Made by a program: the position numbers and the translations under genes | Part shown: in pieces, positions 29,217 through 38,889 of the stretch | How the letters are laid out: every line of letters starts with the position of its first letter | How positions within the stretch are numbered: position 1 is the stretch's first letter | Notes under the pieces: generated by a model | Told to the model about the DNA's origin: nothing | Seen by the model: the letters and a program-made list of their open reading frames with translations, nothing else | Database searches by the model: none | NCBI GenBank assembly: GCA_045603745.1 | Contig: JAZUMQ010000003.1 | Location: 2,599-66,598, forward strand | Direction: 5' to 3' | Origin: Eubacteriales bacterium | GTDB taxonomy: Bacteria > Bacillota > Clostridia > Oscillospirales > UBA644 | Length of the DNA: 64,000 nt

Positions 29217-29383
29217 TTATTCCAGAAGATAAGATACGGAACAAGTTTCGGATTTTCCGGGGGATAACGTGCGCATATCTCGTTTGACGGTCAATTCTTC
29301 CGGGGCTTTGCAATCGCTGGGAAGACCGTTTCAAGGTTTAATGCAAAAGAAGAAAGTCGGGAATTAGAGATGGTGTCTATCAT
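29217..29383 (-). pseudogene. possible collapsed remnant of a LacX-like aldose 1-epimerase gene
   Basis: GAGG RBS + MIDTISNSRLS, then in another frame LPSDCKAPEELTVKRDMRTLSPGKSETCSVSYLLE*. Confidence 0.4.
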
Positions 29384-29387
29384 AAAA

Positions 29388-31406
29388 TCAATCCTCATTT
29401 TCCGGAATTTGTTCTCTTTTCAGAGGGAAGCAAACCGTAGAAGCGAACTGGTCGCCGTCGATGGTAATGGAAAATTTCGCTCCCAATTGTTCGGCAAAGG
29501 ATTTGGCAATGGCAAGTCCCAAGCCGCTTCCCTCTCCGGTGCGGGAAGGATCTCCACGCACGAATTGTTCGGAGATCTCCTCGGCGGAAAAGTTCATTTC
29601 ATAGGACGAAGTATTTTTTACCGTAATGGTGGCATTCTCCCCTTCCAACGAAAGCAGGACAAAGATTCGAGTACCGGACAAAGAATACTTCAGAGCGTTA
29701 TCCAACATATTCTGAAGAATTCGGTAAATCTTGTTTCCGTTGGAACAAATTGGTGCTGATCCCTGTCCGGAGAGCCGGACGGTTTTTCCGGCGGCAGCGG
29801 CAGAATCGGACAGATCGGCGACCAACTGACGTGCAAGCAGGAAGAGATCGAGATCCTCCATGGGAACGTCCTCGGCACCGCTGTTTGCCTTAGAAAGAGC
29901 AAAAACGTCGGAAACCAAATGGTTGAGACGATTGGATTTTTGGGTTAAAATCTTAACGTAATCCCGAGCTTCGGCAGACAACTCGACCTTGGAAAGAAGA
30001 TCCAAATAGCCGATAATCGAGGTCAGGGGAGTTCTCAGGTCATGGGATACGTTGGTAATCAGATTGACCCGGGAACGCTCTGCGGAAATCTGACTGCGCA
30101 AAGTGGAATCAAAACCGTCGCCGACACTCCGCAACTGGTTTTCGTATTCGGCAAAAAGATTCCCCTCAGGAATTTCCGCACGGTAGGACAGATTTCCGTC
30201 TTGCAGTTCGGTAATATGATCCAAAAGTCGATTCAGAAATTTCAGATCGTAATAACAACCAAACAGGTACATTACCGCCAAGGAAAGGGCAGCGAGAAGA
30301 AGAATAATCTGCAACACGATCCAGTAGTGGTTCACGGCGGTGGCGACGTAAAAACCGATAACGATCGCCTCTAAAAGCAAAAAGAAGAGGGAACGAATGA
30401 TAAAAGAGACGGAATAACGATAGCGGTAAAAATAGCGTTTGTCCGCCCTACGGCGCAATGCCAAGAAGGGACGCTGACAGATCCACCACAAGAAAGAACC
30501 CCGAATCAGTCGATTTTCTTTGGCAAAGCGAATCAATGACGTTACCGACAACAATAGGATCAAAATCAGGAACGTAAACAACAGAGAGAAGGCAAGATAG
30601 ACCGAACGGTCGCTGCCAAAATTAAACAAAGAAAAGAGATTTTGAAACCAACGGAAGAAAGAAATATCCAAAATCTGAAGAATCAGAATAACGGCAAGAA
30701 CTCCGGCAAAAACAATGAGTTCCGTAAAGAATCGAGGAGCGTCGGGGGATTTCTCCTCAATCTTTCCCCAGCTGACCGCTAAAATCAAATACGTGATAGG
30801 CAATGCGGCAAAGGAAAGGAGAAGAATAAACATCAGAGCGCGGTTTTTCGCCGTTGCCCAAACGGAATATTGCTCGTTGATCCAATCGGAATCGGGAACG
30901 AGAATTGCGCCGGCATCACAGGAAAATACAGTGAGCGACACGGTTTTCGTCAAATCGTAAGGGTCCCAAGAATGCTCCTGCCAATGGGAAAAACTGTCGG
31001 TTTGGGTATGGTTCGTGTCCATCAAGTAACAGATACCGTTTCGATAGACCGTCAAGGTTTTTGCATGGCTGAAGTCCACGCCTTCCAGCAAGGGAATATC
31101 GGTCAGTGTGGTTCCGTCGGCATAGAAATAATAATGGAATGCGCCGTCAATGGCACCCCCTTCCAAATCCACGGCAGAGACCTTACGACCGGAATAAACC
31201 TGGCGGGCAAGGGATACCATTTCTTCCGAAGCGGCAGAAAGGCGTTGATGGTAGGATTCCGTATTACGGAAATCGGTATAAGTAAAAATTTCACTCATAC
31301 CGGCGTTATCATTGGCATAGACGTAACACCAAGCGGCAGAAAACAACAACACGGCACAAAGCAACAATGCGATCGCGTGAATCGCCCGGGAACGGAGAAA
31401 TGCCAT
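29388..31406 (-). CDS. multi-TM sensor histidine kinase
   Basis: NVSHDLRTPLTSIIGY H-box, NMLDNALKYS, GSGLGLAIAK. Confidence 0.95.
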   Translation of the reverse strand: MAFLRSRAIHAIALLLCAVLLFSAAWCYVYANDNAGMSEIFTYTDFRNTESYHQRLSAASEEMVSLARQVYSGRKVSAVDLEGGAIDGAFHYYFYADGTTLTDIPLLEGVDFSHAKTLTVYRNGICYLMDTNHTQTDSFSHWQEHSWDPYDLTKTVSLTVFSCDAGAILVPDSDWINEQYSVWATAKNRALMFILLLSFAALPITYLILAVSWGKIEEKSPDAPRFFTELIVFAGVLAVILILQILDISFFRWFQNLFSLFNFGSDRSVYLAFSLLFTFLILILLLSVTSLIRFAKENRLIRGSFLWWICQRPFLALRRRADKRYFYRYRYSVSFIIRSLFFLLLEAIVIGFYVATAVNHYWIVLQIILLLAALSLAVMYLFGCYYDLKFLNRLLDHITELQDGNLSYRAEIPEGNLFAEYENQLRSVGDGFDSTLRSQISAERSRVNLITNVSHDLRTPLTSIIGYLDLLSKVELSAEARDYVKILTQKSNRLNHLVSDVFALSKANSGAEDVPMEDLDLFLLARQLVADLSDSAAAAGKTVRLSGQGSAPICSNGNKIYRILQNMLDNALKYSLSGTRIFVLLSLEGENATITVKNTSSYEMNFSAEEISEQFVRGDPSRTGEGSGLGLAIAKSFAEQLGAKFSITIDGDQFASTVCFPLKREQIPENED

Positions 31407-31433
31407 AATTCCCCTCCTTTCTTTCAGGCGTAC

Positions 31434-32144
31434 TTATTTTTCCAGTTTATATCCGATGCCCCAGATTACCTTCAAATACCGGGGTTCTTTCGGGTCGATC
31501 TCGATTTTTTCCCGAATCCGTCGAATGTGGACGGTGACGGTATTTTCCACGGCGTGGGCATCTTCCTTCCACACGGCACGGTAAATTTCTTCGGCAGAAT
31601 ACACCTTGCCGGGGGTGCGCATAAACAGTTCCATAATTCCCCATTCGGTTGACGTAAGTTTAACCGGACTTTCGTCGACGAAAAATTCCCGAGAATCCAG
31701 ATCCATGCGAAGACCTCCCACCGAAAGAACGTTCCCTTTCTCCGGTTCGGTAGAGGCGCCGAGACGGAAATACCGACGCAACTGAGATCCCACCCGAGCA
31801 AGCAGTTCCATGGGATTATAAGGTTTGGCAATATAATCGTCAGCACCCACGTTCAGCCCTAAAATTTTATCGCTGTCTTCCGTGCGCGCGGAAAGAATGA
31901 TGATGGGAATATTCTTACTTTTCCGAATCTGCATGACGGCGGAAAGCCCGTCTACCCGAGGCATCATCAGATCCATGAGAATCAGATGCACCTTATTTTG
32001 AGACAGAACTTCCAAAGCTTCCAGTCCGTCGTAGGCTTTCAGAACGGTATATCCTTCCAGTTCCAGCAATTTTGTGATCGCGGATACGATCTCCGGATCG
32101 TCGTCTACCACCAAGACCGTTGCGTTCAATTCGGCAGAATCCAT
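31434..32144 (-). CDS. OmpR/PhoB family response regulator
   Basis: VVDDD, DLMMP, GADDYIAKP, VHIRRIREKIE, VIWGIGY. Confidence 0.95.
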   Translation of the reverse strand: MDSAELNATVLVVDDDPEIVSAITKLLELEGYTVLKAYDGLEALEVLSQNKVHLILMDLMMPRVDGLSAVMQIRKSKNIPIIILSARTEDSDKILGLNVGADDYIAKPYNPMELLARVGSQLRRYFRLGASTEPEKGNVLSVGGLRMDLDSREFFVDESPVKLTSTEWGIMELFMRTPGKVYSAEEIYRAVWKEDAHAVENTVTVHIRRIREKIEIDPKEPRYLKVIWGIGYKLEK

Positions 32145-32191
32145 TCCACGCCTCTTTCTCCGGAAAACACCGGGGGGTATATAATATATTT

Positions 32192-32310
32192 TATATTATA
32201 TCATACCCGACGGGGAATGTCAAGTCAAAAACAAGGGAACGGCATCGGGCAACAAGGTTGCGTGCTCCACAAGAAAGGAACGATCGAGAAAACTGAGATT
32301 CCCGTATTCC
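32192..32310. repeat. 119-bp imperfect direct repeat, copy A (orphan mecA-like 3' end plus sigma-A promoter of the two-component operon)
   Basis: Aligns ungapped with 34344-34462 (offset 2152); minus strand TTGACA(32223-32218)-17-TATAAT(32200-32195). Confidence 0.92.
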
Positions 32311-32478
32311 GATATGACCACCTTGGAGTACCGAAAACAACACCGAACGAAATAATCACTTTTTTTTATTAAAAAAAGGAGCTGGGAGGCGCGCGATTGC
32401 GTGCCTCCCGGCTTGACTCTATGAAGAAATTTTAGGATTATTCGGTGATCTGACGGATTTGTCGATCTTCCAGACGTA

Positions 32479-34293
32479 TTATTTTTTACTGCAGGCAAGA
32501 CCGATGTAGTTTGCATTTCCATTTACATCATATCCGTTACAACCGCTCAGCGTAACCGTTCCGCCGGCGATAGAGAAGGTATTCCCAACCACTTTGACGT
32601 TCTTCACGCTGATAAACTTCAGATTGGTGGCAGGACCTGTAAAGGTGTTGTTTTCTACGGTGATGTTGGAATGAACCGTCTTTTCCGGATCGGTAGAAAC
32701 CGAAGTTCTAGGGTTAGAATAGATCTGCGGCGCGGAACAATTTTCAAAAACATTGTTCCGGATGGTCATATCGGTAATATAACCGGACTCAAACCAACCG
32801 TTGGCATCGTCTTCCAAAAGAATTGCCGCAAGAGGATGATTGCGGAAAGTATTCCCTTCAATCAAAACTTTTCCACGGGTAGTACAAAGAATTCCCCGGG
32901 TAGGGATGTATTCGGAGAGATTATCGGCAATCACAACGTCGGGGGTCCATGTGGCGTTTTCCACAACGTCGGCATTTACGCGAATGTTGTTTGGCAAAGG
33001 ATCAACCAAGGTAAGTTCAATTTGGGTTTTACTGATGGGATTGACCGAGGCAACCGTATTGCTACCGTAAGGCAAAAGATCGATATTGCTGATAAATTCA
33101 ATGGTATCGCCCGGCTCAAAGACTTCAAAACTCCAAGATCTTGGCTCTTTGAATTCCACAATAATTTTCTGTAAACCTTTATCGAAATCAACGATTTGAA
33201 GATGGGTTCCGTGGACGTTGATCGTATCATCTTGAGCACCACTGAAATGACTGTCGTTGACTGTAATTGTTCCCTTACATCCGGAAATTTGGATAAAGTC
33301 CGCACTGCTGGCGGTAACCCGTCCGAAAGAAGGGGTACAGCTAATGCGGCTGATGGTCAAGTTTTCCGATCTCTGCCCAACAAAGCCCAATCCGTGCATA
33401 TAGTGAAAGGAGCAATCTTCAATAACAATGTTTTTGCTCTTAAGAATCAAACTACCTACCTGATCCCGAAAACCGTTACGAACCCCATAGGTGCAACCGA
33501 CTTTATAATTGTTGTTGGCACCGACCAGTTTCAGGACGTTGTTGCCCTCGTCCTCGATGGCAGTACCGAACCCATAAAAGGGAGTGCGACGATAGGTTCC
33601 GGCTTCGGGATTGTATTCTTGCATCAAAATTGCATTGTGAGACCAATACCGCGCGGTTCCATCGATATTTTTTTCTCCAAGCCACAGGATATTGTCCATC
33701 GTTCCGTCGTTGTTTTTATCCTGCAACTGATAAAGAGAATCTTCATGAATTTTAATTTTCACATATCCGTCGCCCTGTTCCGTTACGGTGTATTCGGAAA
33801 CGGTCGGACGGGCATAATCCACGTGGAGATTCTTGATCAAAATATTCTGTGCATTATGGAAGAAAACCGGCGTCATTACCCCATGGACCAAAAGGGTGGA
33901 GCCGTTTCCGTCCACGGTAATATCCTGCATATCTTCCAAAAGCAACGCCGAATACCGTACGCCATCGGGATTTTCCGATTGCGTTTGGGCATTCGAGATG
34001 TAAATACCAGTTTTTGTAAATGCCGTTTCGGGATACGTATGATACACTTTTCCTTCTTCAAACTTCAAAACAACCGGACCGTTTTCCTCTTTGGCTTGAG
34101 TAATGGCCTTTTGAATGTTTTGGTTTGCATCTTTTCCCTCCCCGGGCCAGACCACCCGGATCGTCTTAGCCGCGTGAGTAGGAGATTTCATTTCGTAGAT
34201 TTCCGAGCCAACTGCCATTTTTACTTTTCCACCTTCCGAAGCAACCGACAGAATACTGTCGAAACTTTTTGAAAGAGCCTTTCCGTCTTTCAT
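32479..34293 (-). CDS. GH110-like alpha-1,3-galactosidase (parallel beta-helix)
   Basis: IYISN, VDGNGSTL, DYARPTVSE, YMHGLG, ADFIQISGCKG, QDDTINVHGT, PTRGILCTT, LEDDANGWFESG; no signal peptide seen. Confidence 0.82.
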   Translation of the reverse strand: MKDGKALSKSFDSILSVASEGGKVKMAVGSEIYEMKSPTHAAKTIRVVWPGEGKDANQNIQKAITQAKEENGPVVLKFEEGKVYHTYPETAFTKTGIYISNAQTQSENPDGVRYSALLLEDMQDITVDGNGSTLLVHGVMTPVFFHNAQNILIKNLHVDYARPTVSEYTVTEQGDGYVKIKIHEDSLYQLQDKNNDGTMDNILWLGEKNIDGTARYWSHNAILMQEYNPEAGTYRRTPFYGFGTAIEDEGNNVLKLVGANNNYKVGCTYGVRNGFRDQVGSLILKSKNIVIEDCSFHYMHGLGFVGQRSENLTISRISCTPSFGRVTASSADFIQISGCKGTITVNDSHFSGAQDDTINVHGTHLQIVDFDKGLQKIIVEFKEPRSWSFEVFEPGDTIEFISNIDLLPYGSNTVASVNPISKTQIELTLVDPLPNNIRVNADVVENATWTPDVVIADNLSEYIPTRGILCTTRGKVLIEGNTFRNHPLAAILLEDDANGWFESGYITDMTIRNNVFENCSAPQIYSNPRTSVSTDPEKTVHSNITVENNTFTGPATNLKFISVKNVKVVGNTFSIAGGTVTLSGCNGYDVNGNANYIGLACSKK

Positions 34294-34343
34294 TGAGCAA
34301 GACAGAAAATTGCCTCCTGTTTTGATATTTCATTCTTAACACG

Positions 34344-34462
34344 TATATTATATCATATCCAAGTAAAAATGTCAAGTCAAAAACAAGGGGACGGCATCGG
34401 GCAATAAGGTTGCGTGCTCCAAAAGAAAGGAACGATCGAGGAAACTGAGATTCCCGTATTCC
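34344..34462. repeat. 119-bp imperfect direct repeat, copy B (in-frame 3' end of the mecA-like gene plus promoter of the GH110 gene)
   Basis: Matches copy A; TTGACA(34375-34370)-17-TATAAT(34352-34347). Confidence 0.92.
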
Positions 34463-34896
34463 AGCATGGTCAAGGTCAGATCGTCAAAACGGCAGGGGGA
34501 AGTATAAAACTCATACCAAAGATAGTATTTTCCCTTCCAGCAATAGATTTCGGCACAAAGATCGGGATCCCGCAAAAAGGCACTTCGACTGTCAAGAAGT
34601 CCGTCAAGATCGGCAAATTCGATGACCTGAGAATACACGCAACGCTCCTCTCCTTCCCTGGGAAGAGAAAAGTACAACAACAGTTTTCCCGCCGCATTTT
34701 CCACAGCGCGCACGGAGATATTTCCCGCCTCTCCGATTCCTTCCCGAAGACAGACCAAAACCGCTATCTGTTCGCAAAATCTTCGGGTATGAAGATCGGA
34801 AAAGGACATGGTGGCGTAACGGATTCCAAATGCCGCCTGATCGGCAGAATCCAAGGTGACGAGAATTTCGTCTCGGGGCGTTTTCTCCATCTGCAC
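34372..34896 (-). CDS. MecA-like adaptor protein
   Basis: N-terminal MQMEK...ILVTLDSAD and C-terminal F-x-DLDGL...YYL...MLEYG...LLEHA pattern; GTG start after GGAGG. Confidence 0.6.
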   Translation of the reverse strand: MQMEKTPRDEILVTLDSADQAAFGIRYATMSFSDLHTRRFCEQIAVLVCLREGIGEAGNISVRAVENAAGKLLLYFSLPREGEERCVYSQVIEFADLDGLLDSRSAFLRDPDLCAEIYCWKGKYYLWYEFYTSPCRFDDLTLTMLEYGNLSFLDRSFLLEHATLLPDAVPLFLT

Positions 34897-35019
34897 GGAA
34901 AACTCCTCCCTCAAATATCTTACTCCATTATATTTTTTTGGAAGGTTTTTTGACAATGACTTGACAAAGGGCGAAGAATGTGTTATCATCATAAGTAGAT
35001 TAAAATAAAGGATCGCATC

Positions 35020-36018
35020 ATGAAAATTTTAGCCATTGAAAGTTCTTGCGACGAAACCGCCGCCGCCTTGGTGGAAGACGGACGCAAGGTATTAAGAAAC
35101 GAAGTTGTTTCCCAAATTCCGATCCACGAGCGCTACGGCGGAGTGGTACCGGAAATTGCCTCAAGATGCCACATTGAAGCCATTGAACCTCTGGTGGAAC
35201 GCACCCTGCAGGGAGAATTTCCCGATGCCGTTGCGGTGACCTATGCTCCGGGGTTGATCGGCGCCTTGCTGGTGGGGGTAAATTATGCAAAAAGCCTGGC
35301 CTTTACTTTAGGAGTTCCTTTGATTCCGGTTCATCATTTAAGGGGGCATGTAGCATCGAATTATCTCTCCCACCCTGACCTGAAACCGCCCTTTACGGCA
35401 CTGATTGCTTCGGGGGGACATAGCCACATCGTCCACGTAAAATCCTATACGGAATACGAGATTCTGGGAAAAACCCGGGACGACGCGGCGGGCGAAGCCT
35501 TTGATAAGTCCGCCCGGATTTTGAATTTGGGGTATCCCGGAGGTCCGAAAATTCAAAAGGCGGCAGAAAACGGGAATCCCGATGCTATCGTTTTTCCTCA
35601 GGTACATTTCAAAGACGCGCCCTACGATTTCAGTTTTTCGGGGGTAAAAACTGCGGTCGTCAACTACGCTCACACTGCAAAACAGCGGGGAGAAGAAATC
35701 AACGCTCCTGACCTTGCTGCGTCCTTTACAAAAGCCGTTTGTTCGGTTTTGACCGAAAAGAGCGTTCTTGCGGCAAAAAATACCACGGGACGGTTAGTTT
35801 TGGCAGGTGGCGTTTCGGCGAACCGAAATCTGAGAGAAATGATGACGGCGGAATGCGAAAAGAACGGCATCGAGTTGTATCTCCCCCGCCCCGAACTGTG
35901 CGGAGACAACGCGGCAATGATTGCCGCCCAAGGATATTACGAATACTTGGCAGGTCACACCGCAAAAACCGACTTAAATGCCTATGCCACCATGCCGGTG
36001 GACCACCCCACTTGGTAA
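35020..36018 (+). CDS. tsaD: tRNA N6-adenosine threonylcarbamoyltransferase TsaD
   Basis: ILAIESSCDET, GGVVPEIASR, HHLRGH, TRDDAAGEAFDK, DNAAMI. Confidence 0.97.
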   Translation: MKILAIESSCDETAAALVEDGRKVLRNEVVSQIPIHERYGGVVPEIASRCHIEAIEPLVERTLQGEFPDAVAVTYAPGLIGALLVGVNYAKSLAFTLGVPLIPVHHLRGHVASNYLSHPDLKPPFTALIASGGHSHIVHVKSYTEYEILGKTRDDAAGEAFDKSARILNLGYPGGPKIQKAAENGNPDAIVFPQVHFKDAPYDFSFSGVKTAVVNYAHTAKQRGEEINAPDLAASFTKAVCSVLTEKSVLAAKNTTGRLVLAGGVSANRNLREMMTAECEKNGIELYLPRPELCGDNAAMIAAQGYYEYLAGHTAKTDLNAYATMPVDHPTW

Positions 36019-36133
36019 TGTTCGAATTTTTGTTCGATAAAATGTTCGACAGATGTAAAACATAGGACACAAAAAAGAGTTATAATGAATTTAGAACGAT
36101 TCACTATAACTCTTTTTCTTTTGAGGACAAACT

Positions 36134-36505
36134 ATGGCAGGCGCAAGAAAATATTGCTGTAACAAATACATAGAGAGGGTCATCGAAGAATACCCCCACG
36201 ACAAATTCCAAAAAGCACTGAAACGCTTGAGTGAAATACCCTCTTCCGATCCGAGAATCAACACAGACCGAATCTATCAGCGCATGATTTTCAACCGGGA
36301 AGCGGTGGAAGGGGCGATGAACCGCATCTTGTGGTATCCCAACGGAGAGAAAATTTTTGATCTGTTGCAAATGACCTATTGGTCGAAGACCCATACGGAA
36401 GTACAGGCGGCGTTGGAACTGAATATACTTCCCCAAGACGCAGAAAAACTCTTGCGAATCTTTCGGATAATTCTGTACGACGAATTGGGGCTGATCTTAC
36501 CTTGA
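36134..36505 (+). CDS. hypothetical protein, possibly a RinA/ArpU-like transcriptional regulator
   Basis: IERVIEEYP N-terminus and LLQMTYW...QAALELNI C-terminal HTH-like segment; GAGG RBS. Confidence 0.5.
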   Translation: MAGARKYCCNKYIERVIEEYPHDKFQKALKRLSEIPSSDPRINTDRIYQRMIFNREAVEGAMNRILWYPNGEKIFDLLQMTYWSKTHTEVQAALELNILPQDAEKLLRIFRIILYDELGLILP

Positions 36506-37297
36506 TTATTTTGCAATTTCAATACGGTATATAATTTTCGACTCCTCTTCGGACGTTTCGCAATGGGTATCAAAACCGGAGTTTTTCATAAGATTTACGG
36601 TGCGGTTGATGGAATTTAGGTATAACCGCAGATCTCGACAAAAACCCTTGCAAAAATTCTCTTTTTTCTCGGTTTTTTTGGGGCGTTCGGCTTTGAGTTT
36701 TTCGATATAAGATTCCATCTGTGCCACTCGGTATCCCCGATCCACGGTAACCCGCAGAACTTTGCGGCGCAGGGTCTCACCGTCGATAGACAAAAGAGCC
36801 CGCGCATGGCGTTCCGAAAGTTGAGAGGACAAAATTTCTTCCCGCAGGTAGGGCGACAGTTGCAATAACCGTAGTTTATTTGCCACCGCAGATTGGCTTT
36901 TCCCCAATTTTTGTGCCAACTGTTCTTGGGTCAAGCCCAAAAGTTCCGTAACCTGCAACATTCCCTCGGCTTCTTCAAAACAGTTGAGATTTTTTCGTTG
37001 CAAATTTTCTGACAGAGAAAGAAGCGCCGCTTCGCCCCGATTAAAATCAGTGACAATGCAGGGAATCTTATCCAGTTGCAACCTGGTGGCCGCAAGATAA
37101 CGACGAACACCGGAGACGATTTCGTACTTCCCCTCCCCGCAATAACGGACGGTAATGGGGTGAACGATGCCGATCTGCCGGATATTTTCGCATAATCCGT
37201 CCAAAGAAGTTTCGTCGATGCGACTTCGCATCTTCTTTTGAACGGTCAGGGCGGACGTTGAAATTTCCCGATAAATTTTTCCCGTAAAACGATACAT
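36506..37297 (-). CDS. ParB/Noc family protein (Noc-like)
   Basis: GIVHPITVR, IVSGVRRYLA, ENLQRKNL, TQEQLAQKLGKSQSAVANKLRLL, SERHARALL, DLRLYLNSI. Confidence 0.85.
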   Translation of the reverse strand: MYRFTGKIYREISTSALTVQKKMRSRIDETSLDGLCENIRQIGIVHPITVRYCGEGKYEIVSGVRRYLAATRLQLDKIPCIVTDFNRGEAALLSLSENLQRKNLNCFEEAEGMLQVTELLGLTQEQLAQKLGKSQSAVANKLRLLQLSPYLREEILSSQLSERHARALLSIDGETLRRKVLRVTVDRGYRVAQMESYIEKLKAERPKKTEKKENFCKGFCRDLRLYLNSINRTVNLMKNSGFDTHCETSEEESKIIYRIEIAK

Positions 37298-37521
37298 TTT
37301 TGAACCTCCTTGATGTTTTTACGTTGTGTGTCATGGGTTCGCCGTTGTTGGCGTAGAATCATTATACAACGGCCTTTTTGCAGATTTTAGCAAACGGTGA
37401 AAGTGGGATTCCCCACCGTCCGAATTCCCTCGACACCGGATTCGTTTTTCGGCAAAAGATTTTCACGAAGAAGGAAGGTTCAAGCCGAATGAAGCAGAGA
37501 GAAAAAAACGGAAGACAAATC

Positions 37522-37550
37522 TTGACAAAAACCGGAATTCGTGATATACT
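37522..37550 (+). promoter_or_regulatory. sigma-A promoter
   Basis: TTGACA-17-TATACT with extended -10 TG. Confidence 0.75.
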
Positions 37551-37575
37551 GACACAATGAAAGGAAGGTTATTTT

Positions 37576-38742
37576 ATGGTATCTCTTCTGTCCAGATGGT
37601 TCATCAAGAATCGGGACGACGTTTCCAATCCCGAGACACGTCAAAAATACGGTATTTTATGCGGAATCTTAGGAATTGCGTTAAATTTACTGTTATTCCT
37701 CGGAAAAGCCTTTGCGGGGCTGATTTCCGGATCTATCGCAATTACGGCAGACGCATTCAACAACCTGTCCGATGCGGGATCTTCTCTGATTACCTTGGTG
37801 GGATTTCGGTTGGCAGGACAAAAACCCGATCCACAGCACCCCTTTGGACACGGTCGGTTTGAATATATTTCAGGACTTTTAGTATCTCTTTTAATTCTGT
37901 TGATGGGATTTGAATTGGGAAAATCTTCCATTGAAAAAATTCTGAACCCACAAGCTGTAGAACTTCGTTGGCTGACAGGAATCATTTTAATCGTTTCCAT
38001 CGCCGTTAAAATTTATATGGGAATTTACAATCGCTCCGTAGGTAAAAAAATCAACTCTGCGGCAATGATGGCGACCATGACCGATTCTTTGGGTGATGCA
38101 GTGGCAACGGCGGTGGTTTTGATTGCCACGGTCATTGGACATTTTACCGGATTTAGTATCGACGGATATTGCGGAACCGCAGTGGCAATCATGATTTTTA
38201 TCGCCGGTTTTCGTTCCGCAAAAGAGACGATTTCTCCCCTGCTGGGACAACCGCCGGAACCGGAATTTGTGCGCCAGATCGAACAAACGGTGCTTTCTCA
38301 CAAAACAGTAGCGGGAATCCACGATCTGATTGTCAATGACTATGGACCGGGGCGGAAGATCGTCTCCCTTCACGCGGAAGTTCCCGCCGATGCAAACGTG
38401 TGGGACGCCCACGATCTGATCGACAACATCGAACAGGAAATTGCATTGAAATTGGGGTGCATCGCCGTCATTCACATGGATCCCATCGTTACCGACGACG
38501 AGACCACCGTCTCCCTGCGAAAGGCAATTTCCGAAGAAGTCAAAACCCTGCACCCCGGGATTACCGTCCATGATTTTCGGGCAGTTCCCGGTCCGACCCA
38601 CACAAACGTGATCTTTGATGCGGTATTACCTTTTGATAGCAAATTAACCGAAGCCGAGGCACTGGAAAAGATCACGACCATGGTGGCACAAAATCACGAA
38701 AACGTCCGGGCTGTGGTGCAGATCGACCGAAGCTATACGTAA
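37576..38742 (+). CDS. cation diffusion facilitator family transporter
   Basis: ADAFNNLSD, HPFGHGRFEY, DSLGD, IHDLIVNDYGP. Confidence 0.92.
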   Translation: MVSLLSRWFIKNRDDVSNPETRQKYGILCGILGIALNLLLFLGKAFAGLISGSIAITADAFNNLSDAGSSLITLVGFRLAGQKPDPQHPFGHGRFEYISGLLVSLLILLMGFELGKSSIEKILNPQAVELRWLTGIILIVSIAVKIYMGIYNRSVGKKINSAAMMATMTDSLGDAVATAVVLIATVIGHFTGFSIDGYCGTAVAIMIFIAGFRSAKETISPLLGQPPEPEFVRQIEQTVLSHKTVAGIHDLIVNDYGPGRKIVSLHAEVPADANVWDAHDLIDNIEQEIALKLGCIAVIHMDPIVTDDETTVSLRKAISEEVKTLHPGITVHDFRAVPGPTHTNVIFDAVLPFDSKLTEAEALEKITTMVAQNHENVRAVVQIDRSYT

Positions 38743-38746
38743 TCAA

Positions 38747-38782
38747 AAGAGATCGAGGAAAGTTCTTCGATCTCTTATTTTT
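38747..38782 (+). terminator. intrinsic terminator
   Basis: AAGAGATCGAGGAA/TTCTTCGATCTCTT followed by ATTTTT. Confidence 0.75.
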
Positions 38783-38889
38783 CTACAAAAAGCGGAATTT
38801 TTTTGAAACGGTATTGATTTTCCCATAAAAATGCGGTATAATGTATGGTTGTAATATAGATTTATAAAACACAGGAAGGAAGAATTTCC

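Noticed and set aside
32220-32522. 100-aa ORF ending EYGNLSFLDRSF...PLFLT
   Set aside because: A chance frame running into the duplicated mecA-like 3' end; no RBS, and it overlaps the GH110 end.
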